A model generated the notes under the pieces. It was given only the letters and a program-made list of their open reading frames with translations. It was not told where the DNA came from and ran no database searches. This document shows, piece after piece, positions 20,346 through 31,100 of a DNA stretch of 64,000 nt. This stretch comes from a virus, in IMG/VR virus record IMGVR_UViG_3300020193_000007, positions 19,538-83,537 of that record; one strand, given 5' to 3'. Numbering within the stretch: position 1 is the stretch's first letter; the number at the start of each line of letters is the position of its first letter. A program made the translations under genes and the position numbers.

Positions 20346-23300
20346 TTATTCCTCTTCATAATCTGGATGCAAATTTTCATAAGTTTCAATTACATACGGC
20401 GTTGCACCCAAAAGTCCCATTTGATATTGAGTATATCTGCTGATTGGATACCATCTTGGAAGATTCCACGTGTTTTGGAATACATCTTCATAGTAAACCT
20501 CTTGTGTTTCAAAGTCCTTTTTAAAAGAAGAATCAGTTAAATAGTGGTAATAGTTTACGTTTGCGCCCTGATATGCCGAAAGAACCGCTTCTGAAGAATT
20601 TGACTGATTAACATCATATCTCTCATACCAGTAGACTATGTCTCCAGCCACTGTATTGGGATTTACCTGAGGCAGAGTGGACATTTCGGTGTCAACCGCC
20701 ACAAACCAGTAGCCCGGAGTGGCATCGTTTTGTGCCCTGTAGGGGCCAATTATAAATTCTCCAAGATCATTTGCAGTAACCATTCCCGATCTTCCGTCTT
20801 GCCCAGGTTCGGAAGAGCTGCTGCTATATTGTGTGTTGAACGCTTCAAATAAGTTTCTACCCCTTCTCCAATACACTTTTGCGTTTGGCGTTGCGGAACC
20901 GTATATGTTAATAGCCTCCTGTCCATCTGCATTAACTATCTTTTTAGTTACTTCTGCAGAAAGTTTTTCGTACGTTATTGTGACTGGCTTTATATAATAA
21001 TTTACCGTAGCTGATGTTAGTGGACCATCATTATATTCCTCGTTATGCAACCCGGACACGTACATGTACCTAGTGCTTGGAGTTGCCACCGAATTGCCAA
21101 TATAATCTACATATGCCAAGGCATATCCGTCTTGATCTGTTGTAACAAGGTTAGGGGTTGCTGCAATATTATCACCTTGAATAACATAGGGTATATACGG
21201 TTTAGGATTGTCGTTAATATCTTTGCTAAATATATTCACTGTAATCAACTCTTTATTGTTATCAAGTATTTCTTTTGGTGATATTATTACATCAACAGAT
21301 TGCACTGGATAGGTTTTGTCAGCCAAATATATGTAACCCTCGTTTAATGCAGAATAGAGGGGATTTAAAGAAATAAACGGATAAATAATATCTGAATCAA
21401 AAATAGACCCCTCATATTCTACATAAGTATCATACGCGCCGTTTGGCGTACTCAATAAAGATACCTTTGTTCTATATGATTTGTCTATTTCATTGTAATA
21501 TTGATTATCAACAGAAAAAGTATCTTTAACCCTATATTTAACCTTGTAAGTATTTCCAGATTTTATTGTTGGACTATTTATTGAATAGAATATTATTACA
21601 TTTGAACTAGATGATTCATTCTCGACAATTATTTTTCCAGTATATGTGTCTACAATTGATACATCAAAAACATTTGAGTATGCAAGAGCTAGGTAGTCGT
21701 CGTATATAGCCTTAATATATTCTATGTTGTGATAAGAAAGTTCTGCGGGATTTGTTTCGTCAGCAAAAGAAACTTGTAAATATTCTTTTTCGTTTACCCT
21801 TACTATTATGGGAGCTCCCTGTCTTGCAACTGAATTTAATACAATTTCAGATTTATTGTAGAAGCTTTGAGAATTCTGATCTGCGTAAAGATAGTATGGA
21901 GTACCGTTTTGATATATGTGTCCACTCTCTATTGTTGGATGAATTTTTTCATTTCCAACGCTAGAAACAATAGCGTATATTTTTATTCCCTTTGATATGT
22001 ATTCTTCTAAAATCGGATCATAGTAGTTAAGCAGTCCGTACGGCGTTGCATCGTTTGTGCCAACCGCCGCATCAAGATAATTGGCTTGCAGATTAGAAGA
22101 AGAATCTAAAATATTATTATCTAATGTTTCGAATATGGGAGATACATAATCAACGTCAACAAATATGTCATCATTTTCATTAATTGCTTTGAGCGCATAA
22201 ATCAGTATGTCTGAAGAATCAACTCCTTGATCAAAACCAAAATCATATCTTCTAAAATCAAAACAACCAATTAGGCTACTGATAGTATTATTTTGTAGGT
22301 CATAATTAACCGTAGCTGAGGAAGAGACTATGCCATTATCTGATATTGAAAACTCGATTTGCTGAGTGTAGTCCGCATCAAAATTAATCCAAGTAGAATA
22401 ATCAAATGGATAAAAAATGCTGGGCGTTGCAGAAACGGCTAGTAAATTTGGTGTGGCATGGTAGGGAAATTTGACATCAATAAATCGATAATTAGCGGTT
22501 GACGAATCGGTTGTATCAATATAGTGATCGTGTAAATGTGGTGTAGAAAAGTTTGGACTTATAAAATGAAATCTAATATTATCTTGTGATGACAAAAGAT
22601 ATTTTTTTCCATCATTTTTGTTTAATGATATTCCGCCATAACCCTGATAAGGGCTAGATGATGTGTCTAGATCATATGAATCTTCAACAACGTTTTCTAT
22701 GTGAAAATAAAGCGGAATTGCTCCGTTCGGAAGAACAAAGTGTTTAATTAAATCAAAAGGTTTAATCACAAGGTCTGACTTTTTACTTATGTCATTAGAA
22801 ATATTAATTTTATTTGCAAACCTATCCGATCTTATCTTGGGAGTATTAACTATTCTTGTTTTTAAGGCGTCATTAATGTTGGAGATAATTTTTAATTTTG
22901 TTGCATAAATAGAATCGTTTATTTGATTTGAAGTTTTTGAAATAGATGTAGACCCCTGATTGGAAAAGGTACTGGGAACTGAATCCAAGAAGCCTATTTT
23001 GCCATAATCTCCTGTGGTTCCTGTGGAATTTTTAGCTGAAATAAAATCAATTTGCATCGATTTTACCGCAAACAACGGTATTTCTGTAAGTGCGTATGAT
23101 TCTGTCGCGTTTGCTGCAAGGGTGTTTGAATATGGCGCTCCTGCAGAATCATAGTATATAGATTCTCCATTTGTAAATCCGGAAGGATTAAACACATTTT
23201 TAGACATATATTCGTTTATCGTTGCGTCGTATTCGTTTTTTACAAGAGATTCATATCTAGCGGTATATACAGAATCGTTTTGCACATCGCCGTGCAGGCC

Positions 23301-25083
23301 CAACGTAAGTTTTATATCGTAAGAAATTGTTGCTGTATCATTATCAATGTAGTTTTCACGATAAGAAACATATGTATCATAAACGATGTCTATGGGTTCA
23401 TGAGCCTTATCTATTCCAGTTTTAATTAAACCGTAAGCTTTTAATCCAATTGAATGGTTTTGTGTTCCAAAATCTAATTTTTCCAACTTAATCTTTATAT
23501 CATTAAAATCTCCAATGCCCTGCTGATATTCCTCAATGTAATAGTCGCTTGTGGCGCTATCTGTTATTTGCGGTATTTGAGAAAATCCTTCAGCCCTTTT
23601 ACCGGCGGGATCCCAGTAGGAATCATTCCATTTTATATAACCAAGGTTAGACGGATATCGGCTGTTAATATATTCTACAAAATCTCTAAACTCTTGTGTC
23701 GGAATTCTATCGTAACCAAAATATTTAATATCTTTTTCTATATCAGACATTTCTAAAATCTCTGGAGTAGCGCCGAGATAATCAGAATTTGGAGTAGAAT
23801 CAAATGCTCTCCAAATATCCAATTCTCTTCTGAGAGTTTTCTTAAGACCCTCTGCGTTAATTGCGGGGGGATTCTGATACACATCAAGTATTCTTAATCT
23901 AAAGTTTGCATTTGATTCCAAATATAATCTCTGTAAGCCTACCTTCAAACCAAATTCATCAAAACTATTTAGGTTTTGTGCAACTTCTGCTTTATATGAG
24001 GTATCATCTACTTTTAGATTGATTATTTTTTTTAATGTATATAATTGAGAAGTTAGGAAATTGTAGTAAAAAACCCAATCGGTATCTTTTTGCTCCAAAA
24101 GCTCCCTCATCGAAGAAACTCTAGCCAATTCTACGTTATCACCTAGCACTTTAACAAATCCTGGTTTAACTGCGCTATAAACATACAGCCATGCTGGTTG
24201 TTTTTGATCCGATAATCCAATGAACGAATCAAGTTCTATTCTGGATATCATGACGTCAACGTCGTCAAAATCCTCTCCGATAATTGCATTAATTAACCTA
24301 CCGGCATTTGTTCTTGGAAGTGCTGTTTCTGGAATTGCTCTCTCGGTAGAATCTCCATAAATTTTTGTCCATGATGGAAACCTGGACAAAATACTTCTTG
24401 CATGATCGGTAATATAAGGACTTATTATTTCGCTTATTTCTATTTGGACCAACAATAAAAAGTTACAATTAGAAATATCCGACTCGGCATCGATTTCTAC
24501 TACAAATTTACAGTATCTCGAAACATCTTGTAAAAACAATACCGTTGTTTCTTGACCTGTATTTGCCAATTGTTGCCATTCAGATTCTGCTGGTAAACTT
24601 TTGTTTGATGAAAAGATTTTTAAGTTTATGCTTGGTATTTCTAAGCCGGGAAGATTTGAAAACGCATGCTTATAGCCAAGTATGTCTACCCTTGATGTTG
24701 TATCAACAAACCTTTGGAATGGAGCTAAATTTGAATCGGGAGAGAGGATCCAGTAGGGAGAAGCTTGTTGTAAATTGAAGACAATAGCAGAATCGATTGT
24801 TTGATCAGAATCAAATAGTGAAAAAGTACCGTTGTGATTTATCTAAAATTATTTCACCAAGAGTTGTCGGTGTAGAATCTTGTGATATAGTAGATTGTTG
24901 ATTCTGATTTCCCAAAGCTCCTACGAGGGTATGGTCCCCTAAAATATTTTCTCCCGCGGACGACCTATAGGTGGAATAGTTTATGTAAAATTTATTTGCA
25001 TAAAGATCTATTGTATTAGATGTCCAGATATTATTGTCTATGCTAAAATCAGATTTGTTTAAAGCAAGAAAATAAGTCTTCAT
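20346..25083 (-). CDS. large baseplate wedge/tail protein with an Ig-like C-terminal region, about 1578 aa; one CGG-N event
   Basis: 24811..25083 joins 20346..24569 at CAA-CGGT (24828-24831) and fills the apparent 240-nt gap; (4738-1)/3=1579 codons; FDEFGLKVGLQRLYLESNANFRLRI is baseplate-wedge-like. Confidence 0.7.
24828..24831 (-). other. CGGT +1/quadruplet site (CAA CGGT ACT)
   Basis: in-frame CGG; the +1 frame is open into the 1407-aa ORF. Confidence 0.75.
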
Positions 25084-25095
25084 TTACTATCCTAA

Positions 25096-26358
25096 TTAAA
25101 TTGAGTCTAACCAAATTGAATACTCGGAAGTAACACCATTTTCAGGATGAATAAACATAAGGTGCTGAGAAGGTCTACTCATTGAGCTAAAATATTCTTG
25201 TGCATAGGTGTTATAACTTTCCGTAGATCCAGAAATTCTTAAAATAGAACTTCCTATAGTCATTTTTGTCTGCTGATGGTAATGCCCCATAAAAACATCT
25301 TGGAACTCTTCTGGAATTGCACCGTCTTTCCAAGACAAAACCTTTCTACCATATGCGGTTACAGAGCTTGGTGATGGCAATTGATCCCCATGAATAAGCA
25401 GGGTGGAATAGTTCCCAATTCGATCTATGGCATACCAGTGTCTTTCTCCGCGACCATCGGGTATATTAAACTTTATTCTATTATTTTCAGAAAAAATTAG
25501 ACTTAATATTTTATATAAAAGTCTATCCATGTTTGATTCGGGATCATACATTTTTTTGTTTCTACCGCCAACAGAACCATGATTTCCTATAATTCCAGTA
25601 ACATATACATTTTGAAAGTTTTCCAAAGCCGCATTAAAAAATCCTGATAAAATTTCAGGACCGTTTATTCCCACTTGTCTGTATATTCCAGAATCAATCA
25701 GATGACTTTGGCCGGGGAATATCTCCTCACCTTCAACTATATCTCCAAGCAGCCACACGCGCAAATCATCTACTGGATGATCTGCTCTTTGAACTTCAGC
25801 TATCTCTATCATTTTTTCGGTATATAATTCTATTCTTTTTGCCAAGACCTGAGAGTTGTAGTCTGGAGTGACTTTACCCAATTGCCAATCAGAAAAAACA
25901 ACTACGGCTGTTTCCGGTGTTCCTTTTCCTGATTTTCTTGGAGTTTTTCTTCGTATAGATGGAAGTTTAAAGTTTGCAAATGCGTCATAGGCTGCTCTAT
26001 ATATTGTTTGAGAAGCTTCCTCGCTAATATTCTTATGTTTTTCAACTTGTTTTGCGAGTCTTTTATTTTCTGAGCGCAAAAAATCCATAGTAGAATACTG
26101 AATTCCAACAGTAGAATCCTGCTCTTCTTGTTGATTAATAATCATTTCGTCAACTTCATCAAATGAGTTATAGTATGAATTTTTTGCAGCAGAGAAGTGT
26201 TCAGAAGCTTGACCCTCATCTACTTCCTGTATGTCATAATCATCCAGTAGTATATCACCGAGAAGATCCCCATCACCCTCAACCAGACCTCTAGCTTGGC
26301 GCATATTTTTTGCCTTAACTATATGATTCTTTGTAATTAGAAATGTTTTATCAGACAT
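25096..26358 (-). CDS. calcineurin-like metallophosphoesterase
   Basis: SDWQLG, GDIVEG, GNHG, HGD and GHYHQ motifs in canonical order. Confidence 0.85.
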   Translation of the reverse strand: MSDKTFLITKNHIVKAKNMRQARGLVEGDGDLLGDILLDDYDIQEVDEGQASEHFSAAKNSYYNSFDEVDEMIINQQEEQDSTVGIQYSTMDFLRSENKRLAKQVEKHKNISEEASQTIYRAAYDAFANFKLPSIRRKTPRKSGKGTPETAVVVFSDWQLGKVTPDYNSQVLAKRIELYTEKMIEIAEVQRADHPVDDLRVWLLGDIVEGEEIFPGQSHLIDSGIYRQVGINGPEILSGFFNAALENFQNVYVTGIIGNHGSVGGRNKKMYDPESNMDRLLYKILSLIFSENNRIKFNIPDGRGERHWYAIDRIGNYSTLLIHGDQLPSPSSVTAYGRKVLSWKDGAIPEEFQDVFMGHYHQQTKMTIGSSILRISGSTESYNTYAQEYFSSMSRPSQHLMFIHPENGVTSEYSIWLDSI

Positions 26359-26376
26359 GATTACCTTTCTTTCAGA

Positions 26377-27543
26377 CTAATATCCCTGGGAAGACATTAT
26401 AACAGAAAATATCGAAGTTGTGCCTGCAATTATGTATTCTCTTTCGGAATTTAATCTAAATACGCCCTTTGGCACTTCTTGACCCCTTGAGGTTACGCTT
26501 AATATATTGACTGATCTAATGAAATCGGAAGAGGTCCTAATTGCACTTTCTATATCGGAGAACGCTATAGACCCTCCTATGGTAAAAGAGTTTAAATACT
26601 TCTTAACAAATGTTGAAGCTTGCGATTCAATTGCTGTTATTGCAGCCGGTGCAAGTCCCTGTGGAAGAACTATGTTGGCGACGACGCTAATTGGAACTCT
26701 TTCAGCTATTCTAATATTAAGTTTTATTCCAACTGGTTTTTTTCCGCTAAGATTATCTGCTAGTGTTTGCACAAAAAGTGGATCAAGAGATTGAGATTCC
26801 GGAACAACAATTATATCACAAGATCCAAGGCCGTACGAAGACTCCCTAATTCTGACGTCCCTAACGCCTGGTATAGCTAGAGCGCTTAGCCTTAAAGATT
26901 CTGCGGTGCCATAAGATCTTTCTTTAATCGACATACTTATTCGCCTTCTGTAATTATCGTCACCTTCCATCCCCGGCATGGAATATACTTCCTTTGGGTT
27001 TGAGCAGTAAACTATAGTGCCATCTGTTGACACGAAATTATGTTTAGTTAAGGTATTTTTTGCTGCCGTGAAATCTTGGGTGGTAAATGTCGGATCAATT
27101 CTTCCATATGCCTTATTGGTTCCAGCAACGATTATCACAGTGGCTGCAAGCTTATATTGATATTGTCTTTCTGCAAACTCTGTTACATCATTAAATACTA
27201 GGGTATCTTGCGGAATAACGATACTGCTAGATGTTGGAGCTGAGATATAAAATTCGATATTAAAACTTGCTCTTTCCTGTTCGGCTTCTGGGGTAATTGT
27301 ACTTCTTCTAACCCCATATAATTCTCCAATCAAATCTAATGATTTACCGGTCGCAGTTGCAATAGATGTTTGATCAACTGCAAACTTTAGAGCATCATAC
27401 AAGTCCCCCACCTCCATGGCAATAGACTCCGCAAACGCTCTTGCTATTGAACCTGGATAAGTTGCCGTAATTCCGTTGCCCTCCAGAGCCCTCATCATAC
27501 GTCCTAATATTTCTGTTTTTGTTTTACTATAGACTATGGGCAT
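26377..27543 (-). CDS. baseplate J-like wedge protein
   Basis: PGSIARAF, ATGKSLDLIGELYGVRR, EGDDNYRRRI, GTAESL..ALAIPGV and KPVGI motifs. Confidence 0.85.
   Translation of the reverse strand: MPIVYSKTKTEILGRMMRALEGNGITATYPGSIARAFAESIAMEVGDLYDALKFAVDQTSIATATGKSLDLIGELYGVRRSTITPEAEQERASFNIEFYISAPTSSSIVIPQDTLVFNDVTEFAERQYQYKLAATVIIVAGTNKAYGRIDPTFTTQDFTAAKNTLTKHNFVSTDGTIVYCSNPKEVYSMPGMEGDDNYRRRISMSIKERSYGTAESLRLSALAIPGVRDVRIRESSYGLGSCDIIVVPESQSLDPLFVQTLADNLSGKKPVGIKLNIRIAERVPISVVANIVLPQGLAPAAITAIESQASTFVKKYLNSFTIGGSIAFSDIESAIRTSSDFIRSVNILSVTSRGQEVPKGVFRLNSEREYIIAGTTSIFSVIMSSQGY
26396..26404 (-). promoter_or_regulatory. extended -10 promoter TGTTATAAT upstream of the metallophosphoesterase
   Basis: consensus TG-n-TATAAT in the 3' end of the J-like gene, about 40 nt before the ATG. 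Confidence 0.4.
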
Positions 27544-27560
27544 TTTATACTCCTTTTATA

Positions 27561-27944
27561 TTACAGTTCTTGAACAACAGAAAGAGTTACTGGTTCTGTT
27601 GAATTATCTTCAATATGAACATCAAATCTTATTCCCGTTGCTGATACCGGAACTGCATCGATTGATATTAGTCTCCCCCTAAAAATTCCGCCCTTTAATT
27701 CGTTTTCTAATGAATCTCTTATAATTCTTTTTCCTAAATCTGCTGTTATTCTGTTTTGCGGCATGCCGCGCAGAATTCCAAGGTCACAACCAAGCTTGGG
27801 GTAAAGCATAAAATCATTGGGTTCAGTCATTAATCTAATGTATATTTGTTGAATGTCCCTTTGACTTCGACTTTGGGTAATAGCTATATCCTTATTGGAT
27901 GATATTAAAATATCTCCACTCAAGTCAAAATAAAAGTCGGGCAT
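27561..27944 (-). CDS. baseplate wedge subunit, T4 gp25/P2 W-like
   Basis: IQQIYIRLMTEPND..YPKLGCDL pattern, size, and position next to J. Confidence 0.75.
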   Translation of the reverse strand: MPDFYFDLSGDILISSNKDIAITQSRSQRDIQQIYIRLMTEPNDFMLYPKLGCDLGILRGMPQNRITADLGKRIIRDSLENELKGGIFRGRLISIDAVPVSATGIRFDVHIEDNSTEPVTLSVVQEL

Positions 27945-28627
27945 TATTTATCCAAATCACTTTTAATCCATGGAAAATTTTTTGAGTTGTCTGCCATATT
28001 AAAGTCTTTTTCATTTATTTTATTTAAAGATTCCTGATAAGAATATCCCGAATGCATCATTCTTTTAAGAACTGAAACTTCTTCCTGCGTATGATCCTTT
28101 GCGTATGAGTCAATAAGGGCTATTTGCTCAGAAGTAAACCCACTAGTGCTACCCGAGGTAACCTGTTCATTACTCTGACTTCCCAAGGCATACTTACCGC
28201 TTATAGTAACCGGATTATTCTGCTTACTCTGTTCAAATTCTTGTATATTATTTAAATAATAATTAACCCTATGATATGCTGGATTGTTTAAAAAATCCCC
28301 TGTTTTGATTAAAGAGGGCTCATTGTAAACGTCAGATGCCGGATTAAAAGACTTATCATTCCATCTTAAACCATCATCTTCTTTTGAAAAAATCTTTATA
28401 GAATCCGCATGAAGAGATATGCTTCTTGTGTTGGGATTAATAATTATCCCTATTCCAGGAGCGGCAAAAATTTCTATTGATCCACCATCTGCTATCCTAA
28501 TAAAGGCGTTGTTGTCAGGATGCGTTAGGCCAACTTCTCTATGGGAAAATTCTGTTCTTCTTTTAATTTCCAAACTTTCATTAAATGGTTTCGACGCATT
28601 TGAATTTTCTTGATAATAGTTGTTCAT
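27944..28627 (-). CDS. putative baseplate protein (spike beta-region-like N-half)
   Basis: AFIRIADGGSIEIFA..GIII beta repeats; position in the baseplate cluster. Confidence 0.45.
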   Translation of the reverse strand: MNNYYQENSNASKPFNESLEIKRRTEFSHREVGLTHPDNNAFIRIADGGSIEIFAAPGIGIIINPNTRSISLHADSIKIFSKEDDGLRWNDKSFNPASDVYNEPSLIKTGDFLNNPAYHRVNYYLNNIQEFEQSKQNNPVTISGKYALGSQSNEQVTSGSTSGFTSEQIALIDSYAKDHTQEEVSVLKRMMHSGYSYQESLNKINEKDFNMADNSKNFPWIKSDLDK

Positions 28628-28628
28628 T

Positions 28629-28991
28629 TTACTCCATAAACTTTGGTATGCCAGTATATATATTTAAATTTCTAGAATTTTTATATGAACGAGGTTCATT
28701 ATAGTACATAATTATATATGCTTCTTCCTCATGCTCATCCCTAAATCCTACTAGGCAACGTGTTCCCGGAGACGGGGCTGCGGATTGAACTCCATAAGTA
28801 AAAGGACACGGAACATTTATCATGGCATTACCGATCGTGTCAGAAAACTTTTCATCTATCAATACTGTTGCCGTATTATTTTGTGCATTATACACCATGA
28901 TAGTTCCTGGTCTATTTTTTACTTGAAGAAATTTAGATCTATCAATATGATCTGTGATTTTTTTGTCAAATTTGGGATAATTTCCTGGCAT
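28629..28991 (-). CDS. putative baseplate spike OB-fold protein (gpV/gp5 N-terminal-like)
   Basis: GTIMVYN..NTATV...NVPCP...PSPGTRCLVGF pattern. Confidence 0.55.
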   Translation of the reverse strand: MPGNYPKFDKKITDHIDRSKFLQVKNRPGTIMVYNAQNNTATVLIDEKFSDTIGNAMINVPCPFTYGVQSAAPSPGTRCLVGFRDEHEEEAYIIMYYNEPRSYKNSRNLNIYTGIPKFME

Positions 28992-29000
28992 GATTTCTCC

Positions 29001-31093
29001 TTAAATTTCCGTTCCATCGTCTTCAAACACAGTTCCACTCATCCATTTTTCAATATAGGAATATGGTCTCTTGTTTTTAAAGTTCTTTCTTATCCAAGCT
29101 TTTAGCGAATCTTCTGATTTACCTTTTAATTTATAGGAGTTAGCTACTGTGGTAAATTTAACCTTAAAAATAAATCCAACAGTTGACCTTGGTGTTCCAT
29201 TTTTATTGTTGTAATCCCCCCATGCAGTAAACACATAAGAATCAATTGGCTTTCCCTTTAATGCTTTTGCCACCTCAGTTTGCCCAGCAGCAACCGTGCC
29301 AAGCATCCAAGCTTGATTGTAGGGTATAAATATTCTTTTGTCAACAGTTGATTTTGTTGCTTTTTCTACAACTTTTTTACTAAGCGATTCGACATTATTA
29401 TCGTCATCAATCGCATACGCCAGTTTGACGCCAAGTACAGTTTGGTCGTACGGCTGTCCTGTAGCATCGTATTTGAGAATAAACATTTTTTTACCGTGCG
29501 CAGCAGGCAGAAGATTGCATTGAAAAGCTCCAAAAGAAAAATCTCCACTTCCAGTCTTATTCTCGTTTAGTGCACCCGGTCGCCAACGAGATTCTCTTTC
29601 TCCAATGCCAACAAATATTGCGGCAACTTCATCACCAAAAATTCCCGATGTTGAAAGCAGATACATCACCTCATCTGCGCTGAATGTTGCACCAGGTTGA
29701 TCAAAATAACTTTTTTTAAATTTATCTAAAGATACTGTTGAAGGAACTGAGGAGCCGCCCGTTGAAGTGGACCCTGTAAGTTGTTGAGCTATTTCTGGGG
29801 TAATAAAAGATCCTGCTCTCTGTGCTGACCAGCTTATATGTATGTGATTTCTATGAGAAGAATCAGTTGCAAAATTTATAAATGGAGCTAATAGTGGATA
29901 CTTAGTTCTAATCGCTGCGTTGGCGCCCTCTATTCCAGTTTCTAATATTCCAAATTCTTCAGCTAATTGATCGTGAATAATAATTAGGTCGGGATGAAGT
30001 TCTTTTGAAAGAGTCTGTAAATTTGTCAAAAGAATATTTAAACCTTTTCTAAAATTGTCTAGACTAGAAACTAGGTCAATTGAATCATCCGCAGTATTCC
30101 CTATCTGCATTATGTCCAAGCCTCTTCCAAAAGCGTGATCGCTAACACTATTGCTATCGGCTGTTAATTCACTAAAATTTGCTCCAACCAAACCCCTACC
30201 AGTTCCAGTATCTGCTTTAATGTATATTTTGTTCGTCAATTGCAACATCATCTCTATTAAGGCGGCTGCCATGAAACAAGTTTTTTTTCCTGTACCTAAA
30301 AAATCCTTGGGTACAGGCAGAGATTCATAAGAACCTGAGACATAATTTCCAGATTGTTTTATCTCAAAACCCAAGGAGCCAAGTGATTGACCTTTTGAAT
30401 TTGTGCTGAAATCTATGTTGAATGTGGTAATATTTCCCGCAAAGTTTGCTTTATCGTTCAACTCTTTAGTTTTTGTTATGTATGTTTCTATTTCTTTTTC
30501 CGTAAGAATATCCTGCAAGGCTATTGGCCTTGATCCACCATTCAGTGTTATTCCTCCGCTCGAAGAATGATAACCTTTTTGACTGTGAGCCAAAAGACCG
30601 CCGAGTTTGCGTATCAACAAAACCGCTAGAACCATCTGTGGATGTTGTGGTAGAATTTATGACACTATCGTTTAGCGCTTTTAACGCTACATCAAAACCA
30701 TTTGGGGCATAGCCAGTATATAGAATTGAGTTCTTTGCTATTTCTGCTCTTGCTGCTGCTCCGGTCAAGACGTTCTTGCCCGATGGATCATTGGGATCAA
30801 GTATCTTTACATTGTCATCTATATCTGCTTGTGCCGCGATAATGCCGATGCAGTGCCGATTGAGTTGATTGTGCGTACGCGTTTATCGCGTATGCCGGAT
30901 TTCTATACAGCCCGTCTCCCTGCAAAAGTTTTGTTGGATCTGCGCTTCTTAGCGACCTATCCTGATATGGCTGTTGAGAAAGGCTTGTATTTTTGATTAT
31001 CAATTCACCATTTGGGTAAAAGGAAGAACCAATTTTTTCCGTTATACTCTTTGTACTGGTTAAATCTGTTATATCTATTGGATAATCTGACAT
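29001..31093 (-). CDS. tail-associated lysin with a Zn-peptidase (M15-like) domain plus a lysozyme/transglycosylase-like domain, about 696 aa; two CGG-N events
   Basis: three ORF pieces join at 30844 and 30600; (2093-2)/3=697 codons; SDHAFGRGLD...HRNHIHIS and ERESRW..N...DFSFGAFQ motifs. Confidence 0.7.
30600..30603 (-). other. CGGC +1/quadruplet site (ACT CGGC GGT)
   Basis: links 30466..30768 to 29001..30635: DTQT[G]GLLAHS. Confidence 0.75.
30844..30847 (-). other. CGGC +1/quadruplet site (CAT CGGC ATT)
   Basis: links 30815..31093 to the 30466..30768 frame: SALH[G]IIAAQADIDD. Confidence 0.8.
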
Positions 31094-31100
31094 TTTTTAC

